A stretch of 64,000 nt of DNA from Yuukianura sp. NJ FZ-2021 (Eukaryota): contig CM102289.1 in assembly GCA_046563655.1 (NCBI GenBank), positions 7,874,001 to 7,938,000 of the forward strand, read 5' to 3'. The notes under the pieces are model-generated. The model did not search any database and was not told the DNA's origin. It saw nothing but the letters and a program-made list of their open reading frames with translations. Below, piece by piece: positions 1-12,700 of the stretch. Both the position numbers and the translations under genes were made by a program. Position 1 is the stretch's first letter. Each line of letters opens with the position of its first letter.

Positions 1-909
1 CTGTCTGTCAGAAAAATAAACTACGTTACGTCATTTTCACTTTTTTTTTATATAAAATGTGAAAACCATGAAATGGATTTTGGTTACATGCAGACCGGAC
101 GTGCATGAAGTGTAGCAGAAAACGGGGGTAATGAAGCTTCCTGTGCTAATGACTTGTTTTCATCAAGTTCCACGCTAACAAATACTCAAATGCCAACTTT
201 CTCCACAACCTTGGTTTTCGCTTCCACTCTAACTAACTTTTGATCGATACGATACAAACTTAGAAAAGTTATGGACTACTTTAGTTTCCTTTATTTTCAG
301 GCCGAACATTTTTCAAAAATTCCATTTTCAAAAACAAAAAAGTTACAAATTTTGATTTTGAGTGCACTTGGTGCCGATCTAACATATTTTGTGGTTACGG
401 AAGTTTGTAGACATTGTTTTCTAAAAGTAGAGATCGATGAGATTTTTTTTAAACTCCGAAAGTTTTGTTGTTTTTTTTGGAAGTATTGAAGAATATTTTG
501 GAACAAAATCAAAGTTATTCTTTTGTATTTTTTGTTTTTCTGAAATTCCGAAGGAGGAAAACGATTTGTCGGGTGCTAAAACCGCTTTTGATTCATTGCC
601 AAATGTTGATATTGATAAACTCTTAACCGAATTTCGATGATTCTAAGAAGTTGATTAATGGAGCGGTTATTTTTAGAACCGAGATCTCTATAAGGAACAT
701 AATCGATTAAGACAGGCGCGCTGTTTCATAACTAGAGAGGCGTTCGATTTGTCTTTCTTTGTTCTGTAGAAGAAGTGGTCCTTATACATAAGATGTTGTG
801 CTCAACCAATACTTGGAATTAAATCTGCTCGAAAAGGTTTTGCCGCCGTTTGTTCTGGACAGATTTATGATCGTCTTTTTCGTTTTTGGTATTTTTTGTG
901 ATGTTGTAG

Positions 910-3900
910 GGATTTGGACTACTACTTTCGTCAAGAAGCAATCAGAGGATTGAAAAAAGACACAGCCCTCAAGGTCTACGCTTACTGGAAACCTCCAGGA
1001 GCACTTCAGTGGATCCAGAAATGTGTTACCGAGACTGTCTATTACCTCAACTGTCCATTTGTCACCAAGGTAACGAGCTTATTTTTTGCACAAAAGAAGT
1101 GAAAAGTACACACAAATGGATTATATGCCAAAACAAACAACTTATCAAACCGCAGCAGCAGCGCGCTGCGAAAACATAAGCATTTTTCTCAAAAAAAAAT
1201 ATTTCGTAAACTGAAAGCATTTCCACCAAATCGCTTTCTATCCTTTGTGATTTTCAGTATTTTTTGTCTTTTCTCCAAATTGCTACTTTTTTCTTGCGTA
1301 AAAAGCAAGATGATCCGGTTGAATGCTTTTTTATGTGGCTGAGTGGATGCTGAAACTGCAGTTTCGCCAATAGAATGCGAAAAACGAGTCAAAATTCTAA
1401 GAAGGTCGAACGTCAGCTGTATCCATTAAAAAAACAAAAGAAACATTGCTGATGTCTCAAAAACGACAGAAAAGAACAAAGAGAAAGTTTAAACAAAAGA
1501 TAAAATTTCAAATTTTGGTGGAACATACAAAGAAAAGAGTTTGATTCAACAGTTAAAATTTTAATTAAAATTTTGTCACTGCCGATCAAAATTTTCTGAG
1601 CGGATGGAGTATCCTATCAAAAATCAGAAACAAAAGCAACCAAAAATTAAATTAAACTGAGCTATTTTTAGTTTGAATAGTTTAAAAACTTGAGAAAGCA
1701 TAGTTAAAAACTTTTTTTTGAACATTTCTTTCTTGTGAGGAATTTGCAAGCAATCTAGTGAGCATTGGAGATTTTGAAATCGAAATTTTCATTTTAGCAA
1801 TTTCGAAAATCGTCCAATATCAGTTTCATTTTATTTGATATTCAAAGCGTGTCGTCGATTACCTCACAAATGGTACAAATGTTTACACGACAAATTGCAC
1901 TTTTTGCAAACTTTCTCTTTTCTTCTCTCTTATAACATTCGTGACCCAATAACAAAAGTTTTTTGAGTGTAAACAAAAACGCTGTCGATTCCTTTTGCCC
2001 GCGTCTACTTCCTTAAAAAGATCAAAAAGAAAAGTTTTTCAATAAATGTTGGTTCATTATGGGCGGAAACACTAAGCAACTACTGAAAAAGAAAGTCCAA
2101 ATAAGGAAGGATTGAATTGAATCAAATGAAAATTTGAAACTTTTTACTTAAAGTTCACCCGAGCGAATCAAAAATTGTGTACTTACAGTAGTTTCCTTAC
2201 TAAAGCTCAGGAAAATAAAGTTTTGGAGAAAGTTGGACTAATTTTCTCTTTTTTTGAAATTTAGATGAATCTCCGCTGTGAGTTGGCCGATGCTCCCGTA
2301 ATAGCCCTTAAGTTCGAAGTGTGTAACACATATCTTAACATTATGAGTCTTCTGGGATCGGCTGAAACGACGCTGGACAAATTACTTTTGTCCAAGTCCC
2401 GTGGCCTCATCCTTCGAGTTCCCTTCATTGTCAATGCCATCACTGGACTCTGTTCACAGTCCGAAGCTGGTGAAATTTTTCTAAGGGGCGAAGTACTCAA
2501 ACCATGTGATGATGCAGTAAGTACACTAAACTTTCAGTTCAAAACGTTAGAGTGGCTTTAAGTGTGTCCACTAATGGATCCTTATGAAATTACTATTGCT
2601 CGTACAGCTGAACCTTACCATTTCACTTTTAGCATTTTAAATACCTTGTGTAGAGGAACTACAGAGAAACTTCTCTTATAGCAACTCACTCCGATACCGT
2701 AAACTCTCTTATTTGTTTACATCGCACCAGAAAAGTTACCGGACCAGCCAAAGCATCTACAGTTGATTTTTCTCAAGGTTCCTAGACCCACGGATCAGTT
2801 TTCTTTATTATATTAATTTATATGAGTTTGTTAACCATGTGAATTAAAGTTATTATTATATAATTTGCAGAATAACAGATAATTTTATATTAATTTAATT
2901 AAATTTACAGTTAAAGAAAAACTTTTTTTTTGCTAACTAACCTTGACTGGTCTAATTTTATGAACACACTCCAAAAAGTTCGATTTTTCGTTGGGCCACA
3001 GACAAAACCGAAGTTGCTATATGAGAGGCTTCTCTGTAATTCAAAACCTGTGGTAGTCGTGTGGTCTTTTAGATAAAAACCTATTTGATTAAGTTTTAAT
3101 TTGCCTCTAATACCTATTTCCTTTGAAGCTTCTACTTCATCTGGGATGTCGACCGCAGAGCAAAAGACCATTTCATTTAGAACTGAGCAAACTGAATGAA
3201 GACTCTCGATTTGAAATTCCGCAACCCTACACTTTACTTCATCGAAGTGAAGAGATAGCCTACGATGACTCCAAAGGAACTTGGCACCTCATTCTCCAGC
3301 CCATCTCCCGAATTTGCAATTGTAATCCCGACAGAGTTCTCAAATTTGAATTATTTGAGCGGTTTCAGCGTGAGGCGTTTGGTTTTGCTCTCACGACGCT
3401 GCGGAAACTACTTCATGAAGAGGAACGTGAAATTTCTATTATTCAAAACAAAGATGGCAAGGTTCGTTTACACTTCTCTGCCAAAACCTAACCTTAAGAC
3501 TTTACTTTTTAGTATGAAAAGTTTCAAAATTTGAAACCACCGACGCTCCGCTTACTTAACGCGCGCTCTGGGAAATTTCAAAAGGTTAACCACCAAAACC
3601 CGTATGTTTGTTTTGAATCTACTTTCAGGTTTCTCGGAAAGTTACAATTCTTGTGTTTCGGTGCTCCCAGTTTATTCAGCACCCACTCGTTTATTACTTC
3701 AAAAACAAAGGGCTCGTTCTCCGCAGAATTTATGCTGTGGACTTTTCAAGTAAGTTTTTGAAACCAAGGAGTCAGCGGGGAGTAAAATTTTGACAAATTT
3801 TTCAATTTTTTACATTTCACCCAAAAATCTTTTCTCTTTTCTACTTTTCCAAAAGTGTCAAATTGGAACACGAAACTTCATGGTCAGCCGCTGCATGAGC

Positions 3901-5139
3901 CCAGCCAAAGTTCAAACGGGATGTCACCGTATCAAGAAGCTCTGGAAATGGCATCCCACGTAATTTCGGATTTCGCTCTTGGAGACGCCGTTTTTTATAG
4001 TTTTGGAAATGCTAAAATGCAGCCATACGTTTCTACTTTTCGAGATGAAACACATTTTGAGGATATCATTCACAATTACAGGTAACTGGGCAACCTGATG
4101 TTGGAAAAGTCAAAAGTCAAGTTGTAATGAGCTTTTGAGATGAAAATTGATTGGAAAGTGGAGTGAAAGTAGTGTTTTTTGTTGGCTTTGTGTAGAGAGG
4201 CTCTCCTCGTTTCCAAAATGTCTACATGTAATTTGACTCAGGAGGAACTCCGTTCTGCGTGTGCTCCCATAGGAGCTAATTCCAGAAATGGATGTCAGTT
4301 GGCTCCACTTTTGCATGACCTTTTGGCCCTCCTGTCGGTTCGCGGCGGGGAGGAACGACTAGAGTATTATGTCTGCTTCATATTCACGGATGGAACCATA
4401 TCTGACATGGATAATGCGATGAAGGTAATCCTGTTTCAAACTTATTTGAACACAAAAGTTGTGTAAAAAACAAAATTTTGAAAAAAAAAAAGTTAAAAGT
4501 CGGATGACTTTCTTGAAAGTTTTGAGTTTAAGTGTAATGGATTCTATAAAAGTTGTGCTGTTCTGTCGGCTTACTGCTAAAGTCGAATTAATTTTTCTTA
4601 GTTTATTTCATTTGAGCAAAAAAGAAATCTAGACATAGCTTAAAAAAATAAATTTTTTTAAAAAGCTGTGTTGAGATTAAATTTTCAATTCGTTTTGGAA
4701 GTTTCAAAATTTGAAAATGAGTGGGTGTCTCACAACTGAGAAATTTCGAACCGACAAAACTCAAAGTAAAACGAAAGTTCGTTTTAATCAAAAGATTCAA
4801 AAAATTCTTTCTCTTTTTTTCTCTTATACTTTTTTTTTCTAGGTAATTTTAAGTTTGGCCAAACTTCCAGTGAGTTTGATGTTCGTGGGGATTGGGATGG
4901 GTACATTTGAGAATCTAACACTTCTGGAGCGTGACTGGACCCACCCACAAACTGGAGAGTATCCTTCCAGGAAAATCATCACTGTGATCCACTTCCGAAG
5001 TCTTCTCAAATGGGATTCCGCCATCAAGTTCTCTGACAAATACAGAACGAGTCCCATGGATCTCTTCCGAAAGGAAATCCTTACAAATGTTGACGAACAG
5101 GCAGTCAAATTTATTAGAACGTTTAGATCCCATTCATAG
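910..5139 (+). CDS. Divergent copine-family protein (C2A-C2B-vWA); 5'-most exon/start not resolved
   Basis: Phase-consistent GT-AG exons 910-1069, 2265-2516, 3129-3461, 3629-3749, 3856-4081, 4196-4424, 4843-5139. Copine vWA motifs AVDFSMSN (spliced), YYVCFIFTDGTISDM and LAKLPVSLMFVGIG; C2-like segments LKFEV..LLGSAETTL and LKFELFE..GFALTTL. Confidence 0.8.
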
Positions 5140-5500
5140 TGACTCATACAAGTCTCAGTTTAATTCAATTTCGGTTGTCTGTTGAAGCAGAACAAAGTTG
5201 TGAAATATAACCAAAGTCTTTTGAAAATTTTCTCTTTGAGAACCACTTTCATTAAATATCAACTTTCTCTGTGGTTGTTCACTTCATTCGAAATGAATAA
5301 AAGGAGGCACTGCTTTCTCCGTTGTAAGCCATATCTTCCGAATTTCATTTAATTTCGTCCAACTCCATTGGCCAACTAATTGCATGATTGTTTTTAAGTT
5401 GAAAATTTTTAATTTCAGATTATCAATGTCAAATGAAACTCGTGACTCATGCCGTGCTACATAGAACGTTTTTAGAACAGAATTTTCCCAACTGTTTATG

Positions 5501-6264
5501 AAATAGCGAAAAGCTACTTATTGGTTTTACTTTGTCTTTCTGTCTGTCCGTCTGTTATTTGAAAAGAGTGATTTTCCTACTAAATTTTTAACTTTTTGGA
5601 ATTTGGAATTATGTTATTTAAAAAGAGTGATTTTCCTACTAAATTTTTAACTTTTTGGAATTTGGAATTATGTTATTTAAAAAGAGTGATTTTCCTACTA
5701 AATTTTTAACTTTTTGGAATTTGGAATTATGTTATTTAAAAAGAGTGATTTTCCTACTAAATTTTTAACTTTTTGGAATTTGGAATTATGTTATTTAAAA
5801 AGAGTGATTTTCCTACTAAATTTTTAACTTTTTGGAAATTGGAATTATGTTATTTAAAAAGAGTGATTTTCCTACTGAATTTTTAACTGTTTGGAATATG
5901 AACACGGCAATTATTTCGGAAAAGGCTCAACATTTCTGAGATCTGTTTTCGCCGGTGGACACCTAGTTCGTTGTTCCTAGCGACACTAGTGATGCTCACT
6001 GTTGAATATCATCTCGGTCAAAGGTCAAGGTCAACCGGGTTCATACCTGTAATATGGAAAATGACCTTTGCAAAAGTTGTTCGCCTCTTTGAGACTGGCA
6101 GCTTCTATGTACATCGCGTGACTCCTTCCGGGTCAAAGGTCAAGTTTTCCCATTTTACGGATCATAATCAGAGGGCATTATAGTTCACAATGGTGTGTCC
6201 ATTGACCAGCCGTTTGCAGTTGTATTTCCATCTCTCGCTACTTACGTACACCGGTTGACAACCG
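5501..6264 (+). mobile_element. Non-autonomous DINE-1/Helentron-like element carrying a tandem array
   Basis: 5' aaatagcgaaaagctactta (subterminal repeat plus short hairpin), then a CTGT/CCGT microsatellite (~5540-5555), internal aaggtca motifs, 3' inverted copy tcgctactta (6235-6244), and a small stem-loop cggtt-gac-aaccg (6252-6264) followed by ttt. Same end motifs as the element at 58422-58740. Confidence 0.6.
5553..5897. repeat. 59-bp tandem repeat, about 5.8 near-identical copies
   Basis: Unit tgttatttaaaaagagtgattttcctactaaatttttaactttttggaatttggaatta starts at 5553, 5612, 5671, 5730, 5789 and 5848 (last copy partial and more diverged). Confidence 0.95.
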
Positions 6265-6557
6265 TTTATTGGAAGGGTTCCTTCGTTCCTTAAAAATACA
6301 TCGGGATTAGCATCGGACGAAGAAAAACTGTTGCAGTCTGTTAGCTTTTTGTGGTTCTTATCACTCCAATGAGGAGTATCAGCTGAAAAACTGACCATTG
6401 TTATTCTGGTGTACAAATCTCCAGCGCTAGCCACGGTGACATTAGACGTATCAACAACGTATACACCTAATCAACCTTTGTGATCGAAAGTAAGTCAATA
6501 AGTAATACTGGTTGTGCTGTTGATTTGTATTACTAATTGTTCAAACTGTTTCAGGAG

Positions 6558-7394
6558 ATGTCGAAATCCAAAATGTACGAAATTGTAGAATGTCGCTTTC
6601 AAGTCCTAGAAATGTTAAGCAACGCATCCATGCGGGAGATGTGCAATTTGAGGACGGAATTGTTCATGGTGGCTGCTGCTTCGTCAAATGCCGAGAATTG
6701 CCTTATGCCATTTCCAGCCTGCTTCTTCGACCGAGTCAAAAAGAGGAAACGAATTAAAGATCTCCAGGAAAAAATCCAGCAGGTTCCAAAACTGTCTAAC
6801 CTAACCGAGTATACCCCAATGGACGATGAAGTATGGGAACTTCTGTACTGGGTATTTACGAATCCTCTAACCATTCAACCAGCTCCAGCGACACAGGAAA
6901 CCTTCAATGCTTGGACTGCTCAAACCGGGCTTTCGTTTGACAAATTCCGTCCAGGGCGCCACTTACTGTACACCGTAGTCAATCCTACACCAAACCAGGG
7001 ATTTCTGGAAGGAAAAGCCAAGTACGGCACCAAGTTTGCATTTCATGGCTCTCTTTTGGAGAATTTCCATTCTGTGATACACCGTGGACTGATGGCTGCT
7101 CTGAACAAGCGAAGTGCTTATGGATATGGAACATACTTGAGCACTTCCCTCCAAGTTTCTCTTCGCTACGCCGAACCCAGACGAGGATGGAAGAATTCCG
7201 AAATCGGATCAATTGTACGCTGTGTAGCAATTTGCGAAGTCGTCGATGATCCAAGTATCAGCAAGTACCATTTCGATTCCAGTTCAGATTCTCCAAATCC
7301 AAATCCGCCTGCTACAGGTGGGTGGAGCTACTTCGTCGTGGCCAAAGATGATTTGATCCAACTATCACACTTGATTGTCATCGCCTTGATCTGA
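6558..7394 (+). CDS. PARP16-like mono-ADP-ribosyltransferase (278 aa, single coding exon)
   Basis: Motifs LMPFP, FAFHGSLLENFHSVIHRGL, YGYGTYLS..VSLRYA, GWKNSEIG, CVAICEVVDDP, YFVV match the PARP16 subfamily (H-Y-Y triad). Intron 6490-6554 (gtaagt..tttcag) lies in the 5'UTR, with an in-frame stop upstream of it, so ATG 6558 is the likely start. AATAAA at ~7511. Confidence 0.85.
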   Translation: MSKSKMYEIVECRFQVLEMLSNASMREMCNLRTELFMVAAASSNAENCLMPFPACFFDRVKKRKRIKDLQEKIQQVPKLSNLTEYTPMDDEVWELLYWVFTNPLTIQPAPATQETFNAWTAQTGLSFDKFRPGRHLLYTVVNPTPNQGFLEGKAKYGTKFAFHGSLLENFHSVIHRGLMAALNKRSAYGYGTYLSTSLQVSLRYAEPRRGWKNSEIGSIVRCVAICEVVDDPSISKYHFDSSSDSPNPNPPATGGWSYFVVAKDDLIQLSHLIVIALI

Positions 7395-7823
7395 TCTGGA
7401 GGGAACTACGTTCCTGTGTAAATTTTAAAACTAATTAATTAAAATTAATTTAGGTTGTACATATGAAACTTGAGAAAATATTATATACTAGTTCGGATTT
7501 GTATTTGGGGAATAAATGTACATATTTGAAATGCTAAATTGAGTTTGGCACAGATACAATGTTATCGCAATTTCCTGTCCAAGTTCATGGGTGGTTGTGG
7601 AGTTGGCACAAATTCATGATGTAAATACTTTGAGCTTATTTAGACTTAATAAAAATGACATTTAAAAGCGGTAAGATTACCAACTAGCTTACTGATAACT
7701 TTTGCAATTTACTAAAATTAGCACTTTAGAAATCTGGCAAAATAATCACAATTTATGTGTGGACGGTGTGATTTTTCGTCATCAGATCGAAATTGAACGC
7801 CATCAATTACGCTACGCTTTGCA

Positions 7824-8842
7824 ATGAAAGTCTTCAAATTCGCCGCGATTACGGTCGCAATTTTCCTGACTGTTTTTCACACTAGTTCACATGGAACACC
7901 GGGTAAATTTTATAACACGATAATATAAATATTACTCAAATATTATAAATTATTATTGTATCAATAATGTTTTTAACAATATTTAATTCATGTCATAAGT
8001 GAAGCGAGATTTGCGCCAACAAATGTCACCAGATGGCGCCGAAATATCAAGCAGCGATTGGTTGGTTGCCTTGATTGAGCAAGTACTTGGGCTCACTGTT
8101 TGTAAGTTTTTCAAAAAATTTGATAAGCTGTCATACCCAAACTTTTTGTTTTTGAAAATTTTTGAAAAAGCTTCAAATTTTGCCTTTAGCGGAACTTCTG
8201 AAGCTAATCTACGCAGCTCTGGCTGGACTTATGGACTTGATTAAAGAAGCTGCAGTAGATTTGGAACAAGTTTTGGATGATTTAGATCCGCCATCTCGTG
8301 AAATTGTCCAAGCAGTGATTTCCGTTGCTTTGAAGAACGCACAAGATACGATCCAGGTAAAACTGTCACTGCTAATGTATTACGACTGAGGTCAAAGGTC
8401 AACTGCTTTATGTTGCAGCCAATTCTGGATCAACTGGACCAAGTGATGCCCATACTCCAATCAAATCCTGGTATCATAAAACCCTTTGACATCATCACAG
8501 ATCTAATCGAGCAGATTTTGGGTATCACACTGTACGAACTCCTTACGAGCATCATGAGTTGTCTGTACACTGTCAGTGACATCATCCTCAGAGCAATTCT
8601 GGACATCAACGAAGTAATTGCCAGTGGACCAACGGAAGCGGCGGCGCATGCTCTACAAACAGTCGTTGATGAAAAGTTAGTCAAAGGAATGGAAACGCAC
8701 GTAACGTAAGTGATTCAAAACTTTAAAATTCAATTAATTTAATTAAAATTAATTGCTCAAAACTTACTTCTTTTTAAGTTTTTTTTTTAATTTCAGCCCC
8801 ACTTTGTACATGTTGGAGAAACTTTTCCCAACTTTTGCTTAA
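7824..8842 (+). CDS. Secreted alpha-helical protein of unknown family with two ~95-aa internal repeats (226 aa)
   Basis: Five phase-consistent exons 7824-7902, 8000-8101, 8190-8356, 8419-8705, 8797-8842. Signal peptide MKVFKFAAITVAIFLTVFHTSSHG; repeats LIEQVLGLTVSELL and LIEQILGITLYELL; AATAAA at ~8915. Confidence 0.8.
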
Positions 8843-9747
8843 TTTTTAGCATATCTTCAATGGGAAGATTTTGCGAGAATATTTTTTTTCGCAACTTTCA
8901 CCGTCTCTACCTCTAATAAATTATAATTTCAGCAGAAATTGACTTCAAAAAGTTAATGGAAGTTAGCTAACTTATTTTTTGTGATTAAACTGTAAAAAGA
9001 CGCCATTTGCGCAGAAGAGATTCCTTCTCCATGTTGTGTTTATTTCACAGTTTCTGGATCAATTGTTTTAGCATCAAACTAGTTAAGTAGTATACGCATT
9101 TTCATTAGGGACCTCAAAAATAACAGAAGCAAAAACTGAAAAGTCAAGAAAAAGTGCAGACTCCAATGAGAATTTCAACTTAAAATTAAAGTTTAACAGA
9201 TTTTTGAATAAAAATGAATCAAAATTAACGTTAGACTAAATTAAACCTACAACCTAACCGTTATTACTGTGAAGGTAAACAAGTTCCTTAGCACCTTAAA
9301 TATACGTTTTAAACTGATTCAGTGATACTGATTGACTGCTCATCAGATCTAACAACAACAACATGGTTTGATTTTCATACAAATTAATAATAGTTTGACT
9401 TAAAAGTAAAGTTGAAAACAAAAAGTTACACCTTTTCGCTACTAATTGTGTCAAAAACTGCCTAAATTAAAATTAAAGCATTAATTCCACATTCTCGTGG
9501 GTTCCAAATACAAAACAAAGATAAACTACCGAACAAAAATAAATTAAACAGTTTTCATAACATTTCACAATGTGAAGCTAAAAGTTTCCACCTTCTCGTT
9601 TTGCTAAACAGCCTAAAAACTCAAGAGGCTCAGCTTTACTTTTCGTGTTTGTTGTGCTTAAAAATCGCTTGACGTTTTGACCTGACTTGTAACTTTAAAA
9701 CTAAAATATAAATAAAATGAAACCAAAATTTTAAAATGAGAAAGTCT

Positions 9748-12700
9748 TCAGTTGTCGGCACACGACGTGCAGCAGACCGAGCGATAATACTTGTAGCGGC
9801 ACAAACGAGCCTGAACAACCAGAGCGCAGTTCTTGTACTGGTCAGTACATTCGGAACCTAAACAACAAAAATTTTTAGACAGTATTTTTTTTTCCAAAAA
9901 TTTCAAAATTTTGAAAAACTTTTCATACTGTCAGGCTCTTCGTTTGGTTCCATGAAGCTGTGATTGGTGGTAATAAGATTTCCTGTTCCTGCTGCCGTTG
10001 ATGTTGTGGTTGGCCTCCTCGTTGTTGCCGGAACTACTGGAACGTAGGGCGCTGATTCGCGTGAATCACGTTCTCGTGAAGACCTTGTTGGGGATTTGAT
10101 GACGCTTGAATTTGAATCGCTGCATTCCTGTTCACTGCAAGAGCGCCGATCTACCGGTCTCCTGGCATCAGAACAAGTAAACGACGCTTGAGTCCAATTT
10201 GAAGCTCGACATGTGACACTTCTACGTTGAGTTCCACCACCACATGTAACGGAGCACTAAAATTTAAAGAAAATGTTCAAAAAAAGAAACTGTTAACTGT
10301 TCAATTGTTAACCCGGTTGGCTTTTTGAATGTACCTCGCTCCATTCTGTTGTAAACCACCGCGGCGGACACGGTTTGTCAACGGTGCAGCTCTGTACTCT
10401 GATTGGTTTAGAGCTATCGACACACTGTGAATCGTCAACTACTCGAAATTTATTGCGACCAAACAACACACAAAGAATTTGACGCGTCTGAAGTCCATCT
10501 CCGCAAGATGCAGAGCACTGAAAGGAAAAGAAATGAAAAAAAAAGTCAGTTTTAGTTTCTCTAATTTTTGTTTTCAAAATCCGTGTTGGATTGCCAAAAA
10601 GCTTTTCTCACCTCTGTCCATGGCCCTGCAAACCACTCTGCTTCACGGCAGTCTCGTTCAGTCATGCACTCCCGCTCTTTGTTAGGCATGCGCGTATCGT
10701 CACAAATTTCTACTTCCGATGCATCGTCTCGTTCCGATGCAGCGTCATCGTCGTCATCAATAAAATTCGTTTCCGTTTCTTTGGAAGACAGGCGTCGATT
10801 CGTTCTGCGTCTCCGGTCATTGTTCACACCAGTACAAAGAACATGACGCGTTTGAATTCCAGCTCCACAAGTTTCTGAACAGTCATGTGACCACTCTGAT
10901 GTAAACCAATCAACGCCTTCACAAGGGCCCATGTTGCAGGGGGTAATTTCAAATGGTTTTTCATCTGCTGGACACTGCGTGCCTAGATTCCCGTCTGAAC
11001 CGATACATCGAACACCTCTACTCCGAATTCCATTTCCACAGGTTGTTGAACACTACAAGTAAAATTTCAAAAAAAAATCATATTTTTTGAAAAACGTTTC
11101 AATGATCTTTGACCTACCGGTGTCCATGGCGTGGTGTCCCATCGGTGACAACTTTTTATGAGGCATGACTTTTGTAATGTTGGTCGCGCAGCTAAACAGG
11201 CTCCATCGGGTACGCGCATGGTCAGTGTTGGTGAAATGCGTTGCTGACATGTGACTTCCCGAGTCTGAGTTCCCTCACCGCACAATTCAGAGCAACTGGA
11301 CCATGGATTCACAATCCACCTTAGAAGTTAAAAAAAATCGAAAATTTTAAATTTTAAAATTGCACAATTTTTTGAAATCAAATTTTCATACTCTGCAGGA
11401 CATGGTTTGAGATTACACCGGACCGCAGTTTGTAGCGGAATTTTTTCGGCTCCAGTGCATCTCCTATCCGGTACTGGCGTTCCGCTAGATTCCTTTATGC
11501 ACCGAATGATTGACTTTTGAGTACCTGGGGGAAAAATTCAAAAATTTTTCAAAAAAGAATGCAAACTTGTTTTTCTAAAATTTTGTTAAGTCATTACCCC
11601 CTCCACACGGTTCAGAGCACTCCGTGTAGCCTGTGACTTTCCAAAAGAATTTCTTGGAGTCCGGACCAGAACCTTGATTGACTTTTGGATGATGATGACC
11701 TGACCTTCTGCCTTGGTGTCCATGGAGATGTGGGTGTTCTTGTTGTTGAATCTGAACCTGCGGTTTAGTAGAATACGCTGACTCACTAGCATACTGGATC
11801 TGACCACCCTGATTGCCCGACTCCAGTATTCCACTTTCTCCTGGATTGGCCAAAACTAGACTCGTTCTCGGTTCGTTTCGGTTGAGGGGAACGAACGCTG
11901 AGGGACGCAGTGTAGCTGCCGACTGTTGTCGCCTTTGAAGCAACTGAGCAGGCGGAACTTCTGGAATTGGTGGTATTGCGGCATCATTCATCGGCAACAT
12001 ATATTCATACTTGATTCCTGGATTTGGTTGTTGGGATAATACAAGGAGGTCAACTGGTTCCATCAATGGACCAGCAGAATCAATTGATTCCAGTGATTTT
12101 GTGTCTTGTCGAACATAGTGAAACTTGGCTCCAGCTCCTTCGTACTCCCCGGGCCAACTAATGGCCCAATTTCCATTTAAAATGTATGAACCATCATTTC
12201 GCCTCAGTGCTAGAAAGAAACACGGAAAGAACATAAATTGTTAAGTGAGTGACACTGTAGTGGAAGATTACATTTCATTAAGAGTGATACAAAAAATGTA
12301 ATGGGCAATAAATTATCGTTTAAGAAAAAATTGGCGAGAAAAAAAAACGAACTTTAGCTCTGGTGAGGAATTCCGTGTAACTTGAATTTAAAAACTGAAC
12401 TGAACTTGTTAATGGCGGTTTTACAAGTGTAAAGCATAACTCTACTTTGTGTGAAAACATTATAAAACCAACAGTACATAAATCCTGAAATATTTGGTTG
12501 AGTTACACTTAAGAGGCTGGGTGACACGTTATGTAACGTTAGTTACATTATGTTGCATAAGTTATGATGGGTTCACCTGTCCAGTACTTGATATATTTTG
12601 TAACTTTGTACAGCAATGTTCATAAATTAGTTTGAATTGATGGTGAAAGGAGCATGGTGTGGGGTTATGGGGTTCAAGTGTTGTTTAAATGAGTGATGAT

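Noticed and set aside
2600..2780. Extra copine exon
   Set aside because: Candidate frames have stops or the wrong phase; exon 2265-2516 joins 3129 in phase and aligns with copines without it.
5553..5897. Regular array as a CRISPR candidate
   Set aside because: Head-to-tail identical units with no unique spacers.
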